Shown one piece after another: positions 54,801 to 61,664 of a stretch of 64,000 bases of DNA. The stretch's first letter is position 1, and the number at the start of each line of letters is the position of its first letter. A model generated the notes under the pieces. It did not search any database and was not told the DNA's origin. It saw nothing but the letters and a program-made list of their open reading frames with translations. The DNA is from a virus, in the IMG/VR virus record IMGVR_UViG_3300025133_005514, positions 9,075-73,074 of that record, one strand, 5' to 3'. Position numbers and translations under genes: made by a program.

Positions 54801-56331
54801 GGAGGAGATGCTTGGCAGAGCCCTCGTCAGCCCGGCCTCCGACGAGGCTGGCGTGGGCAAGCGGATGGTTGGAGCGGTCGGAGGAGCGGCAGTTGGAGCG
54901 GCCATCGGTGGCGCTGTGGGTGGCGTGCCAGGGGCTATGGCCGGCGGGTTCCTGGGGCAGTGGCCGGGCGCTGCCCTGGGTCAGGCAGTCACGGCAGGCA
55001 CTGGTCTCAAGGGTGTCGGCGGCGTGGTTGGCGAGGACGTTGAGAAGCTCCTCACCGCCTTCGCGGAGATGAAGGGCAAGGACAGGGTCAAGCTCCCCTG
55101 GATGGACGAGAAGCGCTTCCGCAAGGGCGGCAAGGCTACGAAGCGGTTCGTCCAGTACGGCGGTGAGTACCTGTCTGGCGCTGGGGCTGGCGCTGTGATT
55201 GGCAGCACCCTGGGCCCGATGGGGACGGCGTTCGGTGCCATCGTCGGAGGTCTGACCTTCCCGTCGTACATGCGCCTGATGTCGGACATGAACACCTCGG
55301 CGGAGCAGATGAGTCGGGCGGCCCTGGCTGTCGCTCGACTGGATGCTGGCGACTCCTTTGATGAATCGATGCTTGCGGTCGATCGGGCTCTCCGCAACTA
55401 CAGCTACATCGGCCCCATCGAGAAGACCTACCTCCGCCGCCTACTGTTCTTCAGCACCTGGGAACTGGGCAACATGCGGTTCCAGGTGGAGCAGCTGTTC
55501 AAGAACCCGTGGCAAGCCAAGCGCATCCAGACTTTCCTCAACGGGTTGTACAAGAAGGACTTCACGGAGGAGGAGCTTCAGTCTCTGCCGGAGTACTTGC
55601 GTTGGCAGGTCGTGCTGCGGACGGGCGCTTCAAAGGTCCTGACCTTGCGGGGTGTGCCTCAGACCTCCGCCCTGGAGTTCGCCACGAAGTGGAAGGATGT
55701 GCCGACGGGAGTGCTTCAGCGGCTGCGGCCCGACCTGCTCACCGCCCTGGAGTTCACCATCGGCCAGGAGTCCGTCTACTACGGCCGAGGCTGGGACGAA
55801 CTCACGAACGTGCGCCAGCTGAAGATGGCTCCGCCCTTGCTGAAGTCGATTGCCGGAGTCCCCTCCATGGATGCCGACGATGAGATGGACCAGCCTCACG
55901 AGGTCTCGGTATGGAAGGACGGCAAGAGGGTGGGCACCAAGCTGGACTACAGGACCCACAGCCCACGCAACTTCTACATCATGCAGAAGCTGCCGGGCTG
56001 GCGCGTGCTGCGGGAGTACATGTCCTTGGTGACCGACTCGTTCCAGAGCCGCGCCCTGGATGCTGGCGACGCTGACGCTGGGGCCACCCCGGAAGAGAGG
56101 TTGCTGTACTTCGGCCTGGGGTTCCGTCCTCAGAACGTGGACTGGGAGACCCAGCAGATGTACATGCAGAAGCGGTTCATCGCCCGTCTCCTGGAGCAGG
56201 CTGAGTACTACAACAAGAACACCACCATGAACTTCACGAAGCTGGGCAAGGGCCTGGACGCTCCGGGCGAGTTGATCACCCCGGAACAGCAGGACGAGAT
56301 TGACAGACTGGAGGAGTTGGGCTTGGAGTAG
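45859..56331 (+). CDS. Giant (3490 aa) internal virion / polyvalent protein with zincin-like metallopeptidase motif
   Basis: 'YSALE..GVKQEEL', 'LIEVQSDLHQKGR', 'APFKKSW' polyvalent-protein motifs; 'TLIHELGH..EEMFAEGF' HExxH; C-terminal glycine zippers. Confidence 0.85.
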   Translation: MPNIEDMWEETATPQLPTTELAIDPTPMGGTGNIGDLWDEPEAAEPRAERRPPRQRPEPRAAQAREIGDLWDEPDTPAQVPAPEYGDDPPDTLDDSILTDSLPIIEPEKRQPASQAWVQARTKYNRLHSPVEKVEVLDAWMSEYLPAERRRAYKEAGEPGELHGLWKFLDRVDKWTDRMSRAGPIALWEARKKYFETGEYVGPKEMWGLLQDSWRNDRGDLEDGTRALKALKSYTSSIIGMPGATMRGMSEADFLAQIEADTEADFASMASWIDKSGIGRPITSVGMAGLAVGSQLIWGGENFKSMMEARSAMMEQEAYASGEAIIGFVGLATISHLNALGGKGIAKTVGTRGTRFGSDVVTHSLAQEKATLKGIMDAQGGILDKGMISLREASEAGDSIDPAMGRIIETLADDPVLDVVAKQEVDEYLTELAELTRVRDEMVAAGGDAGAADASLASLQADMIEKLSGHVDSYKQRAPARMEANVTAQVEARYLDAVDTAFRHEVPLYGAESINVLNKLKHGAVFEAALDGAAEAVGLSRAELLAKTKSGDNVILSEALGAMGVNAGDLPGHELKAEALWAELMRQGHRDKKLLKDIDFKLTGEVDEYGHLVVRPEDVKITWQTPAEAKAELLEAGMVMPKDSAIGRAMAAPGQELIEAVAKVSGRGDEFARTQAFRQHKMLSASDALGHKMAYAALSKFPPFVEAITRNAWSIGSPRKVTHFYGGTEAAVRGTPRPKILSRRSILHPAKFARMEARTRAQHVTRGVDRERLGLFVQRVLAISKDPRIQNLAVLYREMGWTDELTEQQIIALAHLERVEHIVSQSDLGRNLDEIAMDTANVSDDEMRSIISGLRTVLDPDSPNPNRPAAFPDTALAGEDHLQGITAIVGSVVDELEDAYRNGGAKKRKKALRAVAVQTGVIRRALTDVLTKEHELSRMIKGWEQAAPMLEEGKELRTLRKSLLGAVRGKWDEDAPLEDVVRRIQELQASYDSKYGAVHGELAALRTGLPPGGKSTWAQHRTNLRDSMAARFGDEQVDELVMPLLDQRAKTWASYHGVHPDQADAWYAKTIRDFQTAETYDAWDKGQRATGHNTELSAETSGGMYSALEVKLQDFPKPKATVQEVLGFLRKQGVKQEELDDMSFFASLDPGTKVTKAEMLEEFERSQRPWTEHIRTDNVAVKTAKERQLASELEVLNKRIAELEKEADPVDNIMALLGGPEEGDELTPLYRQRDRLAADLRNEASVATESRRFEDVFRSEVAEEVGDSLSWVERISPSSGPPDLFGDMSAGGFEVRYVHRGNAFGETLSAVDEPDAFAAFDGLMQGRDRYDHKPAQDRTTRSKNAWTREGDPDGGTGYTERVYTLDELKEGEETFTTGHFVTDENVFLHIRYDFVTGADGKKELRLIEVQSDLHQKGRSTGYGPTRYETPDDINSRLDDIRSDPDFSQLTRFEQGEWARVTSDEMFDHLDAMGDFEDAGSIFDVLVDQLDMTLDTQARNATKRLVAKYSRPGTGKTNKGLPSAPFKKSWRAFALKQAVKAAVEEGAERVLWLSGDEVTRARSANANLARITYDEELPRAAKKLYKRHGARPRRGRPALGGIKERLRGEGIDIRPEDKFILMEDGSSEIYSVAKSRDEAVRHHDEAFRVDIDAPEGAIEIMPLEEGLARWAKANGIPSSPVGNHILDLTPELRASVSDKGQTLYSAAFDDFKAVQSDVIRAIGDTEDLLRDIEAQVAKLAPYEARAKTARKKVDLKRAAIGAVREAREMRAAVAKARAARGGLSLEGSEAGAGQLSLERAGPGGLSMEGPGADPRPTARSEAERLTSPLSDEETAIRQVEDKLLDAAEAEARMLGADVLKSVPTDVRDKVADLYKQRVAQRRSIQELQRKEAQRLVDAIPGLDGQVDYVSVFTHRMGLRQGELGEVVVRLNGEHVAIPTRDIEAAGLGGVGDNLVTYSELQTKSMYAIRDANDSIESLRSASLSRADLQFQGNTSGVRGVHESMGDLSQKTIAAFASADINTLIHELGHLMRRDIPLTDLNVLSSWVNANPKVKQMGTVTTVGGKWVGLDKKGKKNDAVLQAAEEMFAEGFVQYLKKGKAPVKELETAFARAKQWLRDIFTAIVSLRLDGKRRKRPLNINVELGHGAIEAMDNLFIPLEGKAAKAAAAKRGGKAKALSDYRAAEAARKVEIEARPVTEAKAFSKIEDFKNSPNRGRGEAAKVRIMAKTGSQVFEEIIERLPVVGDELKEAFAKALLFGSKIDLPEGGTWLDTIRTADIDTSSVSAFNSGDYGKALRTSLLGGRADRVAKIEGFLNDLRKAAVDLEDALKTGSDLPPLEVAPSIATAVGAKSQVSTIWRQLAEEQLPWLDQVLKDNQASVKQTMDRANLEAKAMAAATADQEVAELLARAVANQDYGEVQKLVAQSMEAGRKGVKRNRSKFAHEKKPVEGDLKQLDDMLKSPEAIKDLEVTMDWLGWNTDSPQKMWDALRHGKEFSASHKARMKEYRTRVLKSWRDHETARQFKTLTKREQEMVKRVLKNPAMYRIPDGLSPEVAKKAAARGMKRTVGEDLDPKALEIAEVLDEFFEGYLQKLRHEHGGLANFDKDEFLTRVDVAAYVPHILTSMARDKVQRLKNAGTLPKNFDPMFLERRGIKGTIEAINDQMRRSLATSALRSKVKAGKLDAAAFGLDGPAMRHAAENNTLSELLTPEVYDQLVNEMIETLDVGQGFDFFEVEPMLLMEHYATQVDRSLSDASYLRDMMEMFPMGRKFSEMDQANAATGRPGELVEMAAEAAGYSKLSHNDYLATLANLKLPKQLRKYGEYIRGQIVQGKSPNEIMRLLHEQGVTVDLEWIASFRAPPVYLPIPVVEYLQWINRPDKGGAGTEFLDGILSWAKGMATVSSLAHISMNVFGNILSVMQLATLKDLRPKNLMKAFTIFAKRPPDHPSWGQMITLGDKTMSAKDWRTRLQFGGALDVPGQSAFREEMLGRALVSPASDEAGVGKRMVGAVGGAAVGAAIGGAVGGVPGAMAGGFLGQWPGAALGQAVTAGTGLKGVGGVVGEDVEKLLTAFAEMKGKDRVKLPWMDEKRFRKGGKATKRFVQYGGEYLSGAGAGAVIGSTLGPMGTAFGAIVGGLTFPSYMRLMSDMNTSAEQMSRAALAVARLDAGDSFDESMLAVDRALRNYSYIGPIEKTYLRRLLFFSTWELGNMRFQVEQLFKNPWQAKRIQTFLNGLYKKDFTEEELQSLPEYLRWQVVLRTGASKVLTLRGVPQTSALEFATKWKDVPTGVLQRLRPDLLTALEFTIGQESVYYGRGWDELTNVRQLKMAPPLLKSIAGVPSMDADDEMDQPHEVSVWKDGKRVGTKLDYRTHSPRNFYIMQKLPGWRVLREYMSLVTDSFQSRALDAGDADAGATPEERLLYFGLGFRPQNVDWETQQMYMQKRFIARLLEQAEYYNKNTTMNFTKLGKGLDAPGELITPEQQDEIDRLEELGLE

Positions 56332-56408
56332 TGCTAGGGTCAGGCAACACACCTCATAGACTCACTCGGCCTGCACCGTAGGGCTGGGATAAGGAGCGAA
56401 GGACGGAC

Positions 56409-56807
56409 ATGACATACGCAATGACCCCCATCCTGTTCTCGTCGGACGACATCTCCTACTCGGAGATCCTGGTCTCCAACACAGAGAAGGTCTCGGCCGG
56501 CGAGGGGACGTTCCAGCGAGGAGCCTCCGACATCACAGGCAAGTGCGCCTACTTCGGCTTGCGTGTTCGCAAGACCAGCGGCGGGGCCAGCACTGACGTC
56601 TTCCGGGTCTACCGGGCTGGGACGTTGGCCGCGCCGACAAATCTGGCCCACGAGTTCTCCGCCACCTGGGCGGCGAACGGCGAAGAGGCTTACGACCAAA
56701 TCCCCATCCCCGCTCCGCTGGACGGCGCAGCCATTGTCACGGCTGAGTCGGACACGGGTGCGACCCACGAGTACACCTTCACAGCTGACTTCCAGGTGAC
56801 GGCATAA
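56409..56807 (+). CDS. Small beta-rich protein
   Basis: AAGGA RBS. Extended -10-like TGcTAGGGT at 56332-56340 upstream. Confidence 0.6.
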   Translation: MTYAMTPILFSSDDISYSEILVSNTEKVSAGEGTFQRGASDITGKCAYFGLRVRKTSGGASTDVFRVYRAGTLAAPTNLAHEFSATWAANGEEAYDQIPIPAPLDGAAIVTAESDTGATHEYTFTADFQVTA

Positions 56808-57529
56808 TGGCTACGGCGACCCGGGCCTACCCCCTGTCGGCTGGCGGGGGTGGAGGCGGCCCGTCAGCCGTCACGCTCACACGCTCTGCGGCCAACGCCA
56901 CCATGACTGTGGTGGGCGGGCTGATCGACGACGGCTTGCTTGCAGGCTTCACGGTCCACAACGAGGACCGGATGACATCCCTCATCGGCGACGGGGCGGA
57001 GGAGATCCTCCAAATCAACAAGGGCGGCAGCCACGCCCACTGTCCCGGGGCCACAGCCACGGCGCACGCGCTCTACGGCTTCTGCGCCGGCATCGAGGGC
57101 GTTGGAGACTTCAGCGTCAAGGTTCGCATGAAGGCTGACCCGGACGCTGGCTGGGGCGGCGGAGGCGTGGGGGCGTGGCGCTACCCGACCTCGGGACAGG
57201 ACTACCGGCACATAATCTCGGGAGCGAACACCACAAACCACCACGCGCACAGCACGGTCGAGAACACGGTGTTCCTGAACGTCAACGGCTCAGCCGTCGA
57301 TGAGACATCGTTCCTCTGGTACGAGGTCAAGCGCGTTGGGGAACTGATCTCCTGCGGCACCTCGGCTGACAACGAGACGTGGGACTACGCCCCGTTCGAT
57401 GAGCAGGACCGAGACATTCTCGGCAACCAGGTCTTCATCGGCGTCATGGCCGGCAAGTACAACGGCGGTCCTGACACGATCGATATCGTGATGACCGACC
57501 TAATCCTCACCTACACGGCGCCGGGCTGA
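56807..57529 (+). CDS. Lectin/ConA-like beta-sandwich protein (possible receptor-binding)
   Basis: Gly6 linker. 'GDFSVKVRM', 'WYEVKRVGELISCGTSADNETW', 'QVFIGVMA'. Confidence 0.55.
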   Translation: MATATRAYPLSAGGGGGGPSAVTLTRSAANATMTVVGGLIDDGLLAGFTVHNEDRMTSLIGDGAEEILQINKGGSHAHCPGATATAHALYGFCAGIEGVGDFSVKVRMKADPDAGWGGGGVGAWRYPTSGQDYRHIISGANTTNHHAHSTVENTVFLNVNGSAVDETSFLWYEVKRVGELISCGTSADNETWDYAPFDEQDRDILGNQVFIGVMAGKYNGGPDTIDIVMTDLILTYTAPG

Positions 57530-57990
57530 TGATCCTCATCGTCAACGATGATCCCGCGCTCACCCAAGTCCTTGTGGGCATCCTGTCCGACGTAGACAGC
57601 CTCACCGTGGCAGACACCCATGACGAGGCCATGATGCTGGCCCAGGATGCTGGCACCATCCTGTACGACCTCGGACTACCCGACGTGGTGGACGACAAGA
57701 TTGGGGCGCTGCGGCAACTGGTGGACACGTCCCCCCTGACCCCGGTGATCGTGATTACCGGCGAGGACCTGACCGACGCAGCCATTGCGGCTGGCGCAAC
57801 CGACGTCATCCACAAACCCTTCACCAGAGAGGCCCTGCTGGAGAGGCTCAAGGTTTCGACATCAGCCAGCTACCGAACTGGGGTGGTCGGCCTCGCTGTG
57901 ACGGGGCTTTTCAACCGGGCTGTGGGCACCTTCTGCGGTGACTTCGGGCCACTGGGGGATTCGGTTATCGACACCCTGCCCCTAGGGTAG
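57529..57990 (+). CDS. Stand-alone response-regulator receiver domain protein
   Basis: 'ILIVNDD', phosphoacceptor 'LYDLGLPD', 'VIVITG', 'GATDVIHKPF'. Confidence 0.88.
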   Translation: MILIVNDDPALTQVLVGILSDVDSLTVADTHDEAMMLAQDAGTILYDLGLPDVVDDKIGALRQLVDTSPLTPVIVITGEDLTDAAIAAGATDVIHKPFTREALLERLKVSTSASYRTGVVGLAVTGLFNRAVGTFCGDFGPLGDSVIDTLPLG

Positions 57991-57995
57991 GCGCC

Positions 57996-58352
57996 ATGCC
58001 CTCAGACAGCCGACAGCCGCCCCCCGCAGGGGGATGGCGCAAACCCCAGGGGCTCCTCCCTCCGGCCGTTGCCTCCGAGATTCTCAGAGAGTTCGGCGAC
58101 GGGCTGGCCCGTGTCGAGCGGCATCTTGTCGCTGCTCACGTAGAACCCCTTACCAAGGAGGTCCACAAGCTCGCGGACATCGTGATGAAGCTAAAGAGGA
58201 TCGAGGACGAGCGGGCCATGGAGGCCAAGCTCCGGGCCAAGATTGAGGCGAGACCAAAGTGGATGACCTACGCAATCGAGAAGGCCATCACGCTCGGCGT
58301 CGGTGGTCTGCTGGTGTTGCTCGGACTCGGTTTGAAAGCGTGGCTGGGGTAG
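57996..58352 (+). CDS. Coiled-coil protein with C-terminal TM (XhlA/holin-associated type)
   Basis: Heptad region, then ITLGVGGLLVLLGLGL. Upstream of endolysin. Confidence 0.55.
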   Translation: MPSDSRQPPPAGGWRKPQGLLPPAVASEILREFGDGLARVERHLVAAHVEPLTKEVHKLADIVMKLKRIEDERAMEAKLRAKIEARPKWMTYAIEKAITLGVGGLLVLLGLGLKAWLG

Positions 58353-58562
58353 GGCGGTTCATGAATCGCAAGCAGGGCACGGCCTTCGCTATCCTGCTCG
58401 TGACCGAGGCCCTCATCCCCATAGAGAGGTTGGGGCGATGACCCTCCTTGAGATAGAGGCTAGGTGCTCCCTCGTTCTCGCCGGTATGCTCTGGGTGCTG
58501 GGCCTTTGCAAGCTCAGCTTCGCCCTTGCCAGCCACGCTGATGACCTTGGGAGGTTGCTCTG

Positions 58563-59174
58563 ATGTTCGACCAGCTGGACCACCTTGAACTCCTCAAGGA
58601 AGCCAACGCCAACCGGGACAACCCGGACTGGCCCTCGGCCGACTACGACGGGGACGGAGAGAGGGACCTCGCCTACCTAGGCCCGGTGTCCAGGGATGCC
58701 TTGTTCGGACCGCTTGAGTGGGTGCCGGTGGAGGGCTCCAGTAGTTCCATCGAAATCACCAACGGCTGGCGCAAGAGCCTGGTGACTGTAGTGGTGCCGC
58801 AACTGGTTGGCCTGGACTGCTACGGCAACGAGTTCAGCGGCAAGGTCCGCATCCACAAGCTGGTGGCCGACCAGTTGCTCGGCTTCTTTGACGAGGTGGA
58901 GAAGGCCGGACTCAAGAGCCTGCTCAAAAGCTGGGGCGGCAGCTTCGTTCCTCGCCGCATCCGAGACAGAGACAGCTTGAGCAACCACGCTTACGGCGTT
59001 GCGTTCGACCTCAACATGAAGTGGAACGGGTTGGGCAAGGTGCCGGCCCTGGCGGGGGAGGCCGGGACGGTGCGCCCTCTGGTTCCCATCGCCTCGCGGT
59101 GGGGGTTGTACTGGGGCGGGCACTACAACAGTCGTAGCGATGGAATGCACTTCGAATTCGTAGAGGTAGTCTAG
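58563..59174 (+). CDS. Endolysin, peptidase M15 family
   Basis: 'SWGGSFVPR', 'SNHAYGVAFD' (SxHxxGxAxD), 'WGG..DGMHFE'. Confidence 0.92.
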   Translation: MFDQLDHLELLKEANANRDNPDWPSADYDGDGERDLAYLGPVSRDALFGPLEWVPVEGSSSSIEITNGWRKSLVTVVVPQLVGLDCYGNEFSGKVRIHKLVADQLLGFFDEVEKAGLKSLLKSWGGSFVPRRIRDRDSLSNHAYGVAFDLNMKWNGLGKVPALAGEAGTVRPLVPIASRWGLYWGGHYNSRSDGMHFEFVEVV

Positions 59175-59992
59175 TGCCCGAAGACGCCACCGAGCCGGGG
59201 CTCCTTCGCGCGCAGGTCCGTCGCCTTGTGGATGAGTTGCGCGGCATCCGTCGTAAGATCCACGGCACCCTCACTGTAGAGACGCAGGACAAGCTCCCAG
59301 CCGCCGCGCTTCAGGTCTGGAAGTTCGGCCACAACGCGGCGGTGGGCACCTCCTACGAGACGATTTGGATCGTCGGCGGGCCCTACCCCTGGGGGTCGTG
59401 GAAGGCGTGGGATGACGCAACCGGCTCGGTCGTGACGCTCAAGTCTACCGACGCTGCGGACACCTCCGTCGAGGTCGCGTGGGAGGGGCTCGGCGCCGAC
59501 GGTGAGCTTGTCTCGGGAACGACGACGACGGACGCTGTGGACGGGACCACGGGCGTAGCGGTCGCCACCAACCTCAACCGACTACATCGCGCGTATCGAG
59601 TCACCGCCGGCACATCGACAGGCTCGCTCCAGCTCACAGTGGGTGGCACCGTCATCGCGCAGATTGAAACCGACCTCGCGGCGACCCAGTTGGGTCTGTA
59701 CACCGTCCCGGCCGGGTACACCGCCTACCTCCAGAGTCTGGACATCGCCGTGGACGACAACAGCGACGGACTCATCCAGTTGATGACTCGACCTGACGGG
59801 GACGCTTTCTACTCGCGCAGCGGGGGGCTTATGGTCAGCGGGGCGACGAGGATCAGCTACGCCAGCAGCGGATGGTCCTCGGGTCTTCCCTTTGTGGAAG
59901 GTACGGACATCGACGTGCGCGGGGTAAAGGTGTCCGGTGGCGGATCGCCCTTGATGTCGGTCAACTTCCACCTCGCCCTGGAGCCGTCCTGA
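59174..59992 (+). CDS. Conserved phage protein 'X' (right copy, different N- and C-termini)
   Basis: Core near-identical to 944-1774. Confidence 0.7.
   Translation: MPEDATEPGLLRAQVRRLVDELRGIRRKIHGTLTVETQDKLPAAALQVWKFGHNAAVGTSYETIWIVGGPYPWGSWKAWDDATGSVVTLKSTDAADTSVEVAWEGLGADGELVSGTTTTDAVDGTTGVAVATNLNRLHRAYRVTAGTSTGSLQLTVGGTVIAQIETDLAATQLGLYTVPAGYTAYLQSLDIAVDDNSDGLIQLMTRPDGDAFYSRSGGLMVSGATRISYASSGWSSGLPFVEGTDIDVRGVKVSGGGSPLMSVNFHLALEPS
59305..59973 (+). repeat. 669-bp direct repeat, right copy
   Basis: See 1087-1755. Confidence 0.97.
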
Positions 59993-60648
59993 TGCCCATC
60001 TACACCATGAACTGCGTGCGCGACACGCACACCTTCACCGTGCCCATGTCCGTCCCCCTCTTCCGCGCCCGCCGCGACGAGGCGAAGGAGAACAAGGGTC
60101 TCTTCAAGCACATCCAATGCCCGCGATGCAAGCGCAAAGGGACGTGCGTCCACGACGCCATTGGGGACATGCGGACGCAGGCGACGCACGACGGAAACTA
60201 CACGTTCTACGACAACGCTCCGGACGCCATCCTGCGAGGCGAGCGCGAGCGCACGGTCTCCAACACCGAGGCCAAGGCGCTGATGAAGGAGTTCGGACTC
60301 GCGGACGCGGGCAAGGAGGGCAAGCGCGAGTTCCCCCCGGAGGGCTCGGAGCGCGAGGCGATCAAGCAGCGGTGGGCCACAGAGACCGTGGAGCGGGAGG
60401 AGCGCGAGCGCCTCGAGCGCGTGCGCCTGGCCGCCGAGAAGCTCCTCGCACCGGAGCCCACTGATACACACGAATGTGAGTTGGTGGTTGACAGTGAGGA
60501 GCCTCCTGTTGATACGATTGCTGCGTTGTCGTGGAAGAAGCTCCGACGGAAGGCGCGAAGCCTGAAGGTGGAGAATTGGATGCGACTCAAGCGTCCTGGC
60601 TTGGAGGCAGCGGTCAGGACAAAGCTTGCAGAGCAAGTTGCCAAGTAG
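59992..60648 (+). CDS. FmdB-like zinc-ribbon protein with C-terminal Rho_N-like motif (phage B)
   Basis: 'MPIYTMNC..H...QCPRC'; C-terminal 'LSWKKLRRKARSLKVENWMRLKRPGLEAAV'. Confidence 0.7.
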   Translation: MPIYTMNCVRDTHTFTVPMSVPLFRARRDEAKENKGLFKHIQCPRCKRKGTCVHDAIGDMRTQATHDGNYTFYDNAPDAILRGERERTVSNTEAKALMKEFGLADAGKEGKREFPPEGSEREAIKQRWATETVEREERERLERVRLAAEKLLAPEPTDTHECELVVDSEEPPVDTIAALSWKKLRRKARSLKVENWMRLKRPGLEAAVRTKLAEQVAK

Positions 60649-60657
60649 CGAGCAGAG

Positions 60658-61632
60658 ATGACGGACGAGGGAATCGCCATCGGCACCGAGGCACCGACGA
60701 CAGAGGGGGGCGAAGCCGCTCTCGATCTGCCCGTTGAGGCCGCGACCGATGGGACGGCTCCGGAGTTGGCATCGGCGCTCGCCGACGACCAGTCAGAATC
60801 CTTCTGGAGCGGTGATGTCACCGACCTCGAGGGCGACGACCTGGCCCGGTACAAGAGCTTCCAAAGCGACTACACGAAGAAGACGATGTCCTTGGCCGAG
60901 CAGCGCAAGTCGCTCGAGTCCGAGGGTTCGGCGATGCGTGATGAGCTGAAGAAGCAACAAGCCGACCTTCAGCAGTTGGCGGTTCAGTTGCAAGCGCGAC
61001 TGGCGGCTGACGGGACTGGCGATCGTGGCGGGCAGCCTGAGAGGGTTGACGCGATGGTAGATCTCCGCAAGGAGTTCGACAGCCGAGTCCAGCGAGGTGA
61101 GGGCTTCGATGCGATGGTGGACCTCGTCAACACCCTTTCGGGTCAGACGAGCGACGCTCTCATGTCGGAGCGCGAGAAGACGTTGCAGGCAAGGATCGAC
61201 GAGTTGGAGGGACGCTTCTCCACGGTCGAAACCGGTCTCGCGCCCCAGCGACAGCGGGATGCGATCAACCGAGCCTTTGACGACCTTCGCGCCAATCAGT
61301 ACCGAGGCGAGTTCGATTCCCCCAAGGTGCGGCAAGAGATCATCAAACAGTTGGATGCCCCTGACGAGATCGTCAGCGACCTCCTTGAGGCCGGGAACGT
61401 CAAAGCGGCGATCTCTCTCCTCGGGGAACGTGCCATCCGCCAGGTCCGAGAGGGCCAGGTGGTGGAACGAGCCAGACGCCGAACCGAGGCATCCTCACCC
61501 GACAGCCCTGCTGCGGGCCAATCCACCGACGCACCGAGGCGCAAGTCTGACTACGCTTCGACGGTTGACTGGCTCCGCGACAAGTTCTCCCAGCCCGAGT
61601 ACCGGGACCTGGGCGAGCGGCTGAAGGGATGA
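60658..61632 (+). CDS. Capsid scaffolding protein (phage B)
   Basis: 'YKSFQSDYTKKTMSLAEQRK', coiled coils, upstream of MCP. Confidence 0.85.
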   Translation: MTDEGIAIGTEAPTTEGGEAALDLPVEAATDGTAPELASALADDQSESFWSGDVTDLEGDDLARYKSFQSDYTKKTMSLAEQRKSLESEGSAMRDELKKQQADLQQLAVQLQARLAADGTGDRGGQPERVDAMVDLRKEFDSRVQRGEGFDAMVDLVNTLSGQTSDALMSEREKTLQARIDELEGRFSTVETGLAPQRQRDAINRAFDDLRANQYRGEFDSPKVRQEIIKQLDAPDEIVSDLLEAGNVKAAISLLGERAIRQVREGQVVERARRRTEASSPDSPAAGQSTDAPRRKSDYASTVDWLRDKFSQPEYRDLGERLKG

Positions 61633-61664
61633 TGATCGCCTCCTGACTCAACCAGGAGAAGACC

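Larger units (their letters stand above)
1087..59973. mobile_element. Apparently complete ~58.2-kb podovirus-like phage genome (phage A) bounded by the 669-bp repeat
   Basis: Contains one full set of replication, packaging, head, tail, ejection and lysis genes. Lysis-region genes on both sides join when circularised through the repeat. Confidence 0.8.

Noticed and set aside
1087-59973. 669-bp repeat as ordinary terminal repeats or attL/attR
   Set aside because: The flanks are another phage's head genes rather than contig ends or host DNA. The repeat is a coding core far longer than an att core, and no integrase is present.
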